From NCBI GenBank assembly GCA_044345405.1, contig JBIJBE010000009.1, positions 1 through 64,000 on the forward strand: a DNA stretch of 64,000 bases. The letters run 5' to 3'. Origin of the DNA: Bdellovibrionota bacterium (GTDB taxonomy: Bacteria; Bdellovibrionota_C; UBA2361; OMII01). Every line of letters starts with the position of its first letter. Within the stretch, counting starts at the first letter, position 1. The translations under genes and the position numbers were made by a program. The notes beneath the pieces were generated by a model. That model was given only the letters and a program-made list of their open reading frames with translations. It was not told the origin of the DNA and searched no databases. Positions 41,610-50,261 of the stretch are shown here, in pieces.

Positions 41610-41745
41610 CTATTAATACAACCCACCTCAACAACCATTCTCCCGAGCGTATCAGCCATGGGCCCAAAATCGGATATAGTTTCAGGTGCTCTGCGTTAAT
41701 CCAGAGCTTCCGCTGACATAGCAAAGCACCCCGTACCAGAGCCCA
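41610..41745 (+). repeat. Diverged direct repeat, copy 2
   Basis: Colinear with 29234-29367. Confidence 0.7.
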
Positions 41746-41951
41746 GTCACTCCTGAAGAGTTGGAGAGACTTTTACCAAAGAGCGCTCAAGTATGCAGGC
41801 CCTTGGTCCGGCCGAGGTCCAGCAGTAGATTCAAGCCAGCAATGAGCTGTCCGCTGGGGTCCTCTAGATTCCCCCCTTCCATTTGGCAAGTTGGTTCGTC
41901 CGATACCTCGTGAGTTCAAGGGGCTCCCCTTAGGGAAAGGTCAGGCGCAAA

Positions 41952-42584
41952 TCAGCTGTCCGCCGGCTCCTCAAATTGCTCCCCCTCCATTCGGCGTCTG
42001 CGTTCGTCCAACAGCTCCCCTTCGAACATCCAGTAAGCGGACCCACTGGCTGCGATTGTGCTGTAACCGAGCTGGTGCAATGTTTTCAACGCTGCTGCTG
42101 ATGGACTCAAGACCTCACCGTTAAGGAGAACTTTCCCCTCTGGCAGTACCTCGGCCGTTATCGCCTCATCGCGCGAAAAAGTCAGCAAAGCCCCGGGATG
42201 GATCCCCAGCGCGCTCAATTTGATATTTGGCCGACGCGCTCTGACCTTTTCTAAGGCTTTGCGTTCCTCAATGTCGATTTCCAGGCTGCCCGGTGTGACC
42301 TCCCGGAAATCACCGATGCTGAGCGCCAGCACCACCTTCTCGGGATCCAACCTAAAGAACTCCCGCTTGGGGTTGATTCGATGCTCGGCAAAGAGCTGGT
42401 GCAAAATCTTCTCGATCCGACTGCTATCTGAAACCTCCGCGGCAAAGTAGCACTCGAACGGGAGTGGAACGCCCGAATGAGCACTTAGCTGTGCAACCCG
42501 TGACTCTACACTATCGGTGGTGAGCCCAACTTTCACCAGGCCCGGCATCGCTTCATTTGTAAGGACGTACACTATCTCTGCCAT
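41952..42584 (-). CDS. GIY-YIG/T5orf172 nuclease with RAMA-like C-terminal domain
   Basis: IVYVLTNEAMPGLVKVGLT, GVPLPF, EKILH, REFF; C-terminal LGIHPG...NGEVLSPSAAA...SGSAYW. Confidence 0.75.
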   Translation of the reverse strand: MAEIVYVLTNEAMPGLVKVGLTTDSVESRVAQLSAHSGVPLPFECYFAAEVSDSSRIEKILHQLFAEHRINPKREFFRLDPEKVVLALSIGDFREVTPGSLEIDIEERKALEKVRARRPNIKLSALGIHPGALLTFSRDEAITAEVLPEGKVLLNGEVLSPSAAALKTLHQLGYSTIAASGSAYWMFEGELLDERRRRMEGEQFEEPADS

Positions 42585-42791
42585 TTTCCTCCGAGCCTAC
42601 AGTCCGGCCAATTCGTGAAAAACAATAGTCGTGGGACGATTTGAAAGCAATTTCCTGGCGCTCCTGCCCCCGATTATCAAGTTCATTCTACCCGACTATG
42701 GGCTCCACACCTACCGTTGATACCAGCTAGAAGAAACTCTCAAACCAGACGCTCCACCGTTTTGAGGAGCGATGAACCTCCATCCCCTAAA

Positions 42792-43490
42792 CTACTCAAT
42801 ATTATCCCTCTTCTCCAAATTATGCCGGGCGCACAGCAACTGAATGTTTTCAGCGCGAAGCGAAGTCCCCCCTTTCGAGAAAGGGACGATATGGTCGAAA
42901 TGCAGTTCATCGGTCGCTCCACAGGTGACACACCGTCCGCCGTCGCGGCGCCATACCTCTAACTTGACCGGGGTTGGAATAATTCGGCTTCGTTGCGCCT
43001 GATAGTGTGGCGGCTCTTCAGCTGCAAACTCATTCGAGACCTGCTCGATCGCTACAAGTTTAAACTTAAAGACGTTACGAGCTCCGTCGTGCTCAATCCA
43101 CGAATCCACGAGGTGAAAGAAGCCGTTATCGATCCAGATTCCTTTGTGAATCTTCTCGTATACCTGAACGATATCAGCGCCCTTCGTTCCGGCTTTGAAC
43201 TCCTGAGCGGCGTGGTGGAATTTTCCGTTCTCGGTTAGGCCCCCACGAGGTTGTCGCTCAGGTTGATCGAGCGCTTTAGGATCGGGGCCGCCGCGACGCG
43301 CTGGCTCGTCATGCCCCTCGTAGATCAAAACGGCCCCGTCCTCTTCAACTCGGTCCTGATATGGCGAGTTGGTCCTCACAGACATTAGGATGACAGAGTG
43401 TCTCCCCCGTAAGCGAAAATTCATGCCACGCTGAAGGGCGGCGCCCTCCTTTTGGCACATGTCGTAGTATGGGATTACGGTTCCTCGCAC
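42792..43490 (-). CDS. HNH endonuclease with SRA/YDG-like N-terminal domain
   Basis: YQDR...LIYEGHD...NGKF...VYEKI..GIW..NG.F...FKFKL, then VWRRDGGRCVTC...FDHIVPFSKGG...NIQLLCARHN. Confidence 0.8.
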   Translation of the reverse strand: MRGTVIPYYDMCQKEGAALQRGMNFRLRGRHSVILMSVRTNSPYQDRVEEDGAVLIYEGHDEPARRGGPDPKALDQPERQPRGGLTENGKFHHAAQEFKAGTKGADIVQVYEKIHKGIWIDNGFFHLVDSWIEHDGARNVFKFKLVAIEQVSNEFAAEEPPHYQAQRSRIIPTPVKLEVWRRDGGRCVTCGATDELHFDHIVPFSKGGTSLRAENIQLLCARHNLEKRDNIE

Positions 43491-43651
43491 AGTGGACCTC
43501 TACAGCAACCCCTCGCGCACCGGGATGCGGGGGGCTCTTATACCGGGCAAAAGAGTACCGCATGGACTCCCGCGACTCAATCAGGGCACGGCACCGCTAA
43601 AACGCTCGTCTTTCGAGAGAGCCCAAGCGGTGAACCTTGGGATCAGCTCCC

Positions 43652-44446
43652 CTAATTCAACGCCGCATCCGGAGCATTCGCTAAGATAAACGCCATAGCC
43701 AGGTCGGTTTGCGTTGGTGACACTACGGCGACAGCACCCGGTGCGATCGGTATACACTGACGAGTCTCTGATACGGCAAAAGAGAAGCTCGTGACCGCGA
43801 TAATGCCCCACTGCCCCTGATTGTTCTTTGCCAGGATAGGTCCGCCCGAATCGCCTTTACAGGTATTCCCCTTCCCGTCAGTTACGGCTTCGTAGAAGTA
43901 TCCATTCGTGGCACTCGCGAAGGTGAGATAGGTTGCCTTGAGCGGTGTCTCTCCTGCCTCTGCTCGGTCAAGCGCTCCACGTCCGTTTTCATCAACTCCG
44001 TAGCCGTAGGCGACAAGCTCCGCACCGGGACTTGGAGCGCCCGAGGATACGAGCAAGGAAGCCGGCGATACCGGCATTGGCTCTGCGACCTTTATTATCG
44101 CTAGATCAAATGAACGTAAGGTCCCGCGAAATTGAGGATGGATGGAATAGCTAGAGGCGATGCGGCCAAACTGGGGGGTGGCGACCTCTATCTGAGAGGG
44201 ACGGTCAGCAACACAGTGCGCCGCCGTGAGAATAGCAGTCTGGGATATCGCGGTGCCCGTGCAGAAGGACGTCGCACCTCCTTTATGCATTGCGAGCAAC
44301 ACAACGGGCGATGCACCTGACTCACACGACTCACCACCATTCACTTTTAGGGTCGAGCATGCGCTGGAACCGCCCCCTCCTCCACCCCCACAACCGAACA
44401 AAAGAACGCTCGTGAATAAAATGAGAAATGTATTTGCCGTCTTCAT
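43652..44446 (-). CDS. Trypsin-like (S1) serine protease lipoprotein
   Basis: LLFGC lipobox plus Gly linker, FCTGT, TAAHC, DLAI, CKGDSGGP. Confidence 0.9.
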   Translation of the reverse strand: MKTANTFLILFTSVLLFGCGGGGGGGSSACSTLKVNGGESCESGASPVVLLAMHKGGATSFCTGTAISQTAILTAAHCVADRPSQIEVATPQFGRIASSYSIHPQFRGTLRSFDLAIIKVAEPMPVSPASLLVSSGAPSPGAELVAYGYGVDENGRGALDRAEAGETPLKATYLTFASATNGYFYEAVTDGKGNTCKGDSGGPILAKNNQGQWGIIAVTSFSFAVSETRQCIPIAPGAVAVVSPTQTDLAMAFILANAPDAALN

Positions 44447-44719
44447 AGGGGAGCCTTTGTATCCTTTCTGGATGTGTCGCACACGGCGAACCATCTTCAT
44501 CATTTGACGCGCCGGAGCGAGTCCTCGTGGTTGAGGACTTTAGTCATGGAGGAAGGGGGAAGCCATCGGGTGTACCAGGTGATGAGTCACCTTAGTGGAG
44601 TCCCACGACGATGAGTCCTCCAAACATTTCCGATTCCAGTCCGACATCAATTCTGCATGTCACGACGAAAGATGAGTGTTACTTCTCTGACTCGCCTACC
44701 AAACAAGGAGCTCTGACAT

Positions 44720-45334
44720 ATGTTCCGAATAAAACTTCTGTTCTTCTCCGGGGCGAGCATCGAACTTATCCGTGTTGACTTCGCTCATGGCTCACACCCG
44801 GTCATTACCTCCATACGGGGCAAGACTGACGGGGCATATCGTGGGGCTGGTACGTTTCAATGGTCGTCGGCCGTTCGCGCGGTAGCTTCCATATTCCTAA
44901 AAGCAAAGCTCATAGAGGACCTCGTGCCTGGCGAGCCGATGTTGACTGGGGAGGAACGCTCCCTTGCGGCATCTTTGGACTACGCTCTTACGAAGAGACC
45001 GAATTGGTTGCTGGATATGTTTGGGGTATCGGCCAACGGAACATCCACAGCCAGGCGGCTATTCAAAGTTTCAAACTCACATCGAAAGCGAGGTGGTGCC
45101 GTGTCGTTATCACTCAATCTATACGCATGCCCCCCTCACTGCGTAGAGATCTTTCTTGATGGAAAGGAGGTACAAAGGCCGGAAGTGTTTCGACAGATGC
45201 TTGCGAACATAGAATCCTATCGTCCAGGACATCGGTCCTCGGAAGGCGTCAGAGAGAGTAGATCCTCCAAAACGCGATGTCGGGAACTCGACAAAACGGA
45301 CGAGGAGCCAGTGCTTGCAATCGGCTCGTGGTAG
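44720..45334 (+). CDS. Stand-alone unrecognised domain (copy 3)
   Basis: AAGGAG RBS; RGKTDGAYRGAGTFQWSSAV...SLAASLDYALTKRPNWLLDMFG...NSHRKRGGAV. Confidence 0.85.
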   Translation: MFRIKLLFFSGASIELIRVDFAHGSHPVITSIRGKTDGAYRGAGTFQWSSAVRAVASIFLKAKLIEDLVPGEPMLTGEERSLAASLDYALTKRPNWLLDMFGVSANGTSTARRLFKVSNSHRKRGGAVSLSLNLYACPPHCVEIFLDGKEVQRPEVFRQMLANIESYRPGHRSSEGVRESRSSKTRCRELDKTDEEPVLAIGSW

Positions 45335-45600
45335 ACGGGTATCGTGGAATATCAGACCGTTACACCAAATGGGGCGAATGACCTCTATAGCGGTGCGCGG
45401 TCACTTTTTCCCTTAGAAACTATACCGGTCTGCGGTATAGTTTCGCTCACCTCACAAGCCGCCCCTTCCTCTTCAACCGCATGTGTCCGGGCAGCCTCGT
45501 CATTCCGCTTGCAGGGGGTTATCTCTCTTTCTCATTTGATCTCGTGGAAAGAGAACTACCGAAAAGACTTCGGAATCAACGTGCGAACGGAACTCTTTCC

Positions 45601-45628
45601 TTGACGTCAGATAAGCATTCGGTACCAT
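45601..45628 (+). promoter_or_regulatory. Possible sigma70 promoter
   Basis: TTGACG-16 nt-TACCAT about 30 nt upstream of the ATG at 45658. Confidence 0.35.
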
Positions 45629-45657
45629 CTCCAGCACAACGCCTAGAGGTGGGTACC

Positions 45658-46827
45658 ATGACTCAAATTGACCTCTATTTTCGAAGCTGTGATGACTCGC
45701 TACCTGCGTTGGTCGAAGTAGCCTTTCGACGAAATGGCGATTCTCCAGTTCTTCGAACCGTTCGCGGCAAGTTTTGTTATATCGTTCCCGCGGGTGGAAG
45801 TTTTCAGTGGACCCGTGCGGTCAAGGCACTCACGGTGCTTCTCCTTCGGACCGCCCTGCACGGCAACAGCGCGGTAATTCAGGGAGAAGCTGGAAGCTTA
45901 GCGGCATCACTCGATTACGCGCTGTCCAAAGAGCCGACATGGCTCTCCGAAATGTTTGGAGCCGACGCTCAAGGGAGAGCTTTTGCGAGACGCCTGTTCT
46001 ATCGAACTAATCCTGAGAGAAAGCGTTCAGGCCCCGTCATTATTAACCTCAATCCAGCCATCGTGAAGGCACCACAAATTCAGATATATGTGGACGGTAC
46101 TAAGATGCCGCCGTCTCCAAACCTTGAGATGATTCTCAAGCGATTCGAATCAGTGGAAAAAATTGAGGGAAAAAGTGAGCTCCGTAGCCGAGAGGCGGGG
46201 AACAGCTCGCTGGAGGGGGAAACGTCAGACCGAGTGCTCGTGGGAATTGCGGACCTCCTTGAACGAACGAGTTCCTCAAGGAATCTCTCGCTCAAGGTGA
46301 CCGAGGACGGACTTGTCACATCCTTCGCCTCACTAGCTGAGGCCGATACCGTTCTTCCGTCTCTGATGGATATGTGTACCGGCGAGTCAAAGGGCTCGAC
46401 GATGTATTGGTATTTAAACCACGCTTGGTGGCCCTTGATATCACCACTCTACTGTTTTCGACACACCGAAGCCTCACGATCGGTACATACAAATGTGAGC
46501 TATGTTTCCCCCTCGTCGGGCGCAACCGATCGATATGTTTCAAATTTCTACGCCAACTCCGGAATTCCAAGCCGATTGGGAGCTTCCTCCTTCTTAGAGC
46601 ACGACACCTGGCTGTTCAACGATTACGTTATTGAGCAGGTCTTTCCCGCGGAACTTCGAAAGGAGATCGATGCATTCCTCAGCCAAACTCAAAAGCTTGA
46701 GGCGTTCAACCCAGTTTCCTTTATCCGTAACTTTTTAGAGGCTGACGCAAAGATCGAACTGAGAGTAAGAAAAATGTCAGACGCCGCCCCCCTGCGGGCG
46801 GCGTTTGAACAAGCGATGAGGTGGTAA
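45658..46827 (+). CDS. Unrecognised N-terminal domain (copy 4) fused to a different C-terminal domain
   Basis: GAGGTGG RBS; GGSFQWTRAV...SLAASLDYALSKEPTWLSEMFG...NPERKRSGPV; C-terminal HAWWPL...DRYVSNFY...WLFNDYVIEQVFP. Confidence 0.8.
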   Translation: MTQIDLYFRSCDDSLPALVEVAFRRNGDSPVLRTVRGKFCYIVPAGGSFQWTRAVKALTVLLLRTALHGNSAVIQGEAGSLAASLDYALSKEPTWLSEMFGADAQGRAFARRLFYRTNPERKRSGPVIINLNPAIVKAPQIQIYVDGTKMPPSPNLEMILKRFESVEKIEGKSELRSREAGNSSLEGETSDRVLVGIADLLERTSSSRNLSLKVTEDGLVTSFASLAEADTVLPSLMDMCTGESKGSTMYWYLNHAWWPLISPLYCFRHTEASRSVHTNVSYVSPSSGATDRYVSNFYANSGIPSRLGASSFLEHDTWLFNDYVIEQVFPAELRKEIDAFLSQTQKLEAFNPVSFIRNFLEADAKIELRVRKMSDAAPLRAAFEQAMRW

Positions 46828-46828
46828 C

Positions 46829-47503
46829 ATGATCGAATCAAAGCAAGGGAGTCCTTTTTTTATGAGCGAAAGAACCGAGCATGCAACGATGCCGCCACGA
46901 GAACCGGACGCGGCCTGCCCCTTCGGACCGGGACTTCAAAAGTACTGGGACCTTCTCTCCCCAGAGGAGAAGAGGATGCAAATGGATATCCCCGGGCTCT
47001 ACTCAATCACGGTGCGCGAACTAGCTCTTCAAATCGCGACGACGTTACATGGGGATTCGGTTTTCGACGCTTTTTGTGGACTTGGAGGCAACGCGATCGC
47101 TTTTGCGTTAGCGGGCAAGAGGGTCATCGCGAGCGAGCTAGACGAAGGGAGACTGGAGATGGCAAAGGCAAACGCCGCGCTCGCGGGCGTTTCAGACCGA
47201 ATCACCTTTGTGCAAGGTGACACACTCTCTCAACTTGGTCGAACTGCATGCGACGCAATATTTCTCGATCCTCCTTGGGGTGGTCCCCAGTACTCAAAGA
47301 TCGAAAAATTCAAGCTGAGCTTTTTCTCTCCGGATGGAGAGGGCCTTTTGGAGTCTGCGATTCGAAACTATGCGGGAGTTGCATTTAAGTTGCCAGGCAA
47401 TTTCGATTTTAGCGAACTAGACCGTTTCGGAGCTGGTCAGTGGCAGGTGCAGGAGAATCGCTTGAATGGAAAGTTGCTACACTATACTGCGTATCGGCAG
47501 TAG
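46829..47503 (+). CDS. Tgs1-like (RNA cap guanine-N2 methyltransferase family) SAM-dependent methyltransferase
   Basis: KYW...GLYSIT, DAFCGLGGNAIAFA, DAIFLDPPWGGPQY, FKLPGNFD; starts 1 nt after the upstream stop. Confidence 0.75.
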   Translation: MIESKQGSPFFMSERTEHATMPPREPDAACPFGPGLQKYWDLLSPEEKRMQMDIPGLYSITVRELALQIATTLHGDSVFDAFCGLGGNAIAFALAGKRVIASELDEGRLEMAKANAALAGVSDRITFVQGDTLSQLGRTACDAIFLDPPWGGPQYSKIEKFKLSFFSPDGEGLLESAIRNYAGVAFKLPGNFDFSELDRFGAGQWQVQENRLNGKLLHYTAYRQ

Positions 47504-47704
47504 CGGGCGCCGACTCAAAGCCGCTCTAGGAGTTCAACGTCCCTGAACCAACCGCGCCGGGGAACTGATTAGCGTTACGGGTATCTCCTTCCCTACTCGC
47601 ACGGTTGCCCGAAACCTTACCGCACCCTTATCGCAACTTCCCTGGCGGTTCCACGATAACCCCCTACGCTCTAATCACCCCTTATAATTCTCTCGATTAA
47701 TTAT

Positions 47705-47714
47705 CGTATATACG
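47705..47714. promoter_or_regulatory. Putative brnTA operator
   Basis: Palindrome CGTATATACG just before brnT; TGTATATACA at 50804-50813 precedes the second brnT. Confidence 0.55.
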
Positions 47715-47719
47715 TTATT

Positions 47720-48001
47720 ATGTTCTCATGGGACCCGGCTAAAGCGGCCGTTAACTACCTGAAGCACAAAGTGTCTTTTCATGAAGCGATGTCAGTCTTC
47801 GCGGATTCACGAGCGTTAGAGAGTCCTGACGTAAAGCATTCTCACCATGAGGCACGGCGCTTTATCGTAGGCGCTTCGGATCAGGACCGGGTACTCGTAG
47901 TGATCTTCACAATACGGAGGCATCGCAGTGGTAACAAAACGCTCAGAATCATCAGCGCGAGGCAAGCGTCCCGCAAAGAGAGGTCGGCATATGCCAGATA
48001 G
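47720..48001 (+). CDS. brnT: BrnT family toxin
   Basis: FSWDPAKA..NYLKHKVSF.EA..VF.D, EARRFIVG, RIISARQASRKER. Confidence 0.9.
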   Translation: MFSWDPAKAAVNYLKHKVSFHEAMSVFADSRALESPDVKHSHHEARRFIVGASDQDRVLVVIFTIRRHRSGNKTLRIISARQASRKERSAYAR

Positions 48002-48218
48002 CAAGATCGATTTCTCGGATGTTCCAGAGCTTAGCGATCGCCAGCTCAAGACCGCTCGCCGAGTCGGGCGTCCTCGAACTGGGAACGCGAAGCAACTGAT
48101 CGCCCTACGGATTGCCCCTTCCCTACTTGCCACACTGAGGAGAATAGCGAAGAAGCGGGGGATGCCGTACCAGACGTTGATGCATGAGATTTTGGAGAGC
48201 GCGGCGAAGAAAGGGTAA
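47991..48218 (+). CDS. brnA: BrnA/CopG-like antitoxin
   Basis: IDFSDVPEL, RVGRP, KQLIALRI, GMPYQTLM. Confidence 0.85.
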   Translation: MPDSKIDFSDVPELSDRQLKTARRVGRPRTGNAKQLIALRIAPSLLATLRRIAKKRGMPYQTLMHEILESAAKKG

Positions 48219-48391
48219 TCCAGGTATCTTCCTTATTCGCACCCGTTCTAAACAGATGCAATCGACCTTGAGGCGACCTCCCCCGGCTCCCCTACATCGC
48301 ATCCTTCTGAATCCTCGTCATACCGGTACTATGTTTTCGTACTGAATCACGTTGAATCCGGTGATATACTTGAGGCTCTTTCGGAGGACCT

Positions 48392-49429
48392 ATGAAATTC
48401 GCCTCACTCCCTAAACTTCAACCTGGAGACTCGGTCGGCATCGTATCTCCTTCGTTCGTCGCTCCCGCGATATTTCCTATGGAATACGATCTGGGACTCT
48501 CGCGATTACGGGAGCGCTTTGGGCTTAATCCGGTTGAGATGCCGAACGTAAAGAATAGGGACGCGACACCTGAGGACAAGATGAATGACCTGATTCAGGC
48601 GTTCTCGGATCCAAAGATAAAGGCGGTTATCACTACGATTGGTGGCGATCACCAGATTGAGTACGTGCATAAGCTTCCCTCAGAACCGTTTCGGAATAGT
48701 CCCAAGCCGTTCTTTGGCTATAGCGACAATACGCACCTCAGTAATTTTCTCTTTCTGCAGGGAATACCCTCCTACTATGGGGGATGTATCTACACAGAAT
48801 ACGCCATGCACGGCGCCATGCATCCCCTCACCGAGCGGTATACGCGAACAGCGCTCTTCTTCGGCGGGGAGCAAACGCTTGAGGCGAGCCAGGACTTCAA
48901 CGATGAGGACCTGATGTGGGGTCTTCCGGAGAACCACGCCCGTCACCGACGCCATCAACCAAACGAGGGGTGGCAGTGGAATGGCGCGCGAGACGGACGG
49001 GGAGTCCTGTGGGGAGGATGCGTAGAATCCGTCGATGAGATCCTTCGCCATGGACGCGCAATTCCAACGCTCTCTGACTTCGAGAAGATCGTTCTCTTCT
49101 TTGAGACATCGGAGGAGATGCCCTCTGCCACGTATGTAGGGCGAGTGCTCCGTGCGTTCGGTGAACGAGATATCCTTTCGCGTGTACAGGGTGTGCTGGT
49201 AGGACGTCCCAAGGCGTGGAACTTTGAGAAGAGGTCCTCAGATGAGGAAAAGGTAGCGTACAAAGAAGCGCAACGGCACACGGTCTTGCAAACTATCCGC
49301 ACGTACAATCCAACGGTGCCAGTAGTACAGAATATGGACTTCGGACATACGTCACCAACGTTGTGCCTTCCGTATGGTGGAGAGGTACATATTCAGTCGG
49401 CGCCGCGTGCCGTGAGAGCTTGGTATTAG
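48392..49429 (+). CDS. S66 family LD-carboxypeptidase (MccF-like)
   Basis: LQPGD.VGIVSPS, TIGGD, FFGYSDNT, FFETSE, MDFGHT. Confidence 0.9.
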   Translation: MKFASLPKLQPGDSVGIVSPSFVAPAIFPMEYDLGLSRLRERFGLNPVEMPNVKNRDATPEDKMNDLIQAFSDPKIKAVITTIGGDHQIEYVHKLPSEPFRNSPKPFFGYSDNTHLSNFLFLQGIPSYYGGCIYTEYAMHGAMHPLTERYTRTALFFGGEQTLEASQDFNDEDLMWGLPENHARHRRHQPNEGWQWNGARDGRGVLWGGCVESVDEILRHGRAIPTLSDFEKIVLFFETSEEMPSATYVGRVLRAFGERDILSRVQGVLVGRPKAWNFEKRSSDEEKVAYKEAQRHTVLQTIRTYNPTVPVVQNMDFGHTSPTLCLPYGGEVHIQSAPRAVRAWY

Positions 49430-49484
49430 CCGAAGGGGAGAATGGCTTAGGCGCTACCTGCGCCACTACACTGGAGTTTAATCG

Positions 49485-50213
49485 ATGCCCTCTAAGAAGT
49501 CCTATCAAGTGTTCGCTCGATACTATGACGCGGTCATGGGGGATCGAAAACGTGACATCGCTCGGGTGAAGCTCTGGATCCGAGAGCGTGTTCCCCATGC
49601 AAAGAGATTGGTAGAGCTAGGGTGCGGCACTGGCGCGGTACTTCAGGGCTTCGCCGGACGGTATGCTGTGACTGGGGTCGATCTCTCAGGCGAAATGTTA
49701 CGCGTCGCGAAAAAGCGACTGCCCCACGCCACGTTGCGAAAAGGTGACATGTCACGCTATCGCTCAAGCGAGAAAGTCGATGTGGTCCTCTGCCTCTTTG
49801 ATACGATCAATCATCTCGTCTCGTTTCGGGATTGGACCCGTCTCTTCGCGAACGCTCGCTCCATGCTCGCATCGGATAGCGTTTTTATCTTCGACATCAA
49901 TACGATCGAACGGCTTCAGGCATTATCCACCTTTGGGCCGATGGTCTCCTACTTCTCAGATGAGGATTTTGTGCTCATGCGAGTCTCCAAGGGAAGCGCG
50001 AACCGTTTCTCGTGGGATGTTCGGATCTTTGAGCGTTCGCGCCCTACCCGTTATAGGAGTCATCGAGAGGTAATTCAGGAAGCCTCGTTCCCTATCGATC
50101 GTATCACCTCTTCATTGACTCGCTGGTTTTCACGAATTGAGCTTTTCAATGCTGAAGGAGAACCTGTCTCCGCCAACGCGCAGGGGCGGGTGTTCTTTGT
50201 GTGTCGACCGTAA
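49485..50213 (+). CDS. Class I SAM-dependent methyltransferase
   Basis: FARYYD, ELGCGTG, GVDLSGEML, CLFDTINHL, FIFDINT. Confidence 0.9.
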   Translation: MPSKKSYQVFARYYDAVMGDRKRDIARVKLWIRERVPHAKRLVELGCGTGAVLQGFAGRYAVTGVDLSGEMLRVAKKRLPHATLRKGDMSRYRSSEKVDVVLCLFDTINHLVSFRDWTRLFANARSMLASDSVFIFDINTIERLQALSTFGPMVSYFSDEDFVLMRVSKGSANRFSWDVRIFERSRPTRYRSHREVIQEASFPIDRITSSLTRWFSRIELFNAEGEPVSANAQGRVFFVCRP

Positions 50214-50261
50214 CCATCGGTTCGCACCCAGTATCTTCAAACATACTTTCACACGGCTCTC

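Noticed and set aside
27412-43490. Prophage, ICE or integron as carrier of the defence island
   Set aside because: No integrase, transposase, relaxase, phage structural gene, tRNA target or convincing attC site is visible
45481-45657. Upstream extension of the cassette B long ORF
   Set aside because: Alignment with the three paralogues and the RBS place the start at 45658
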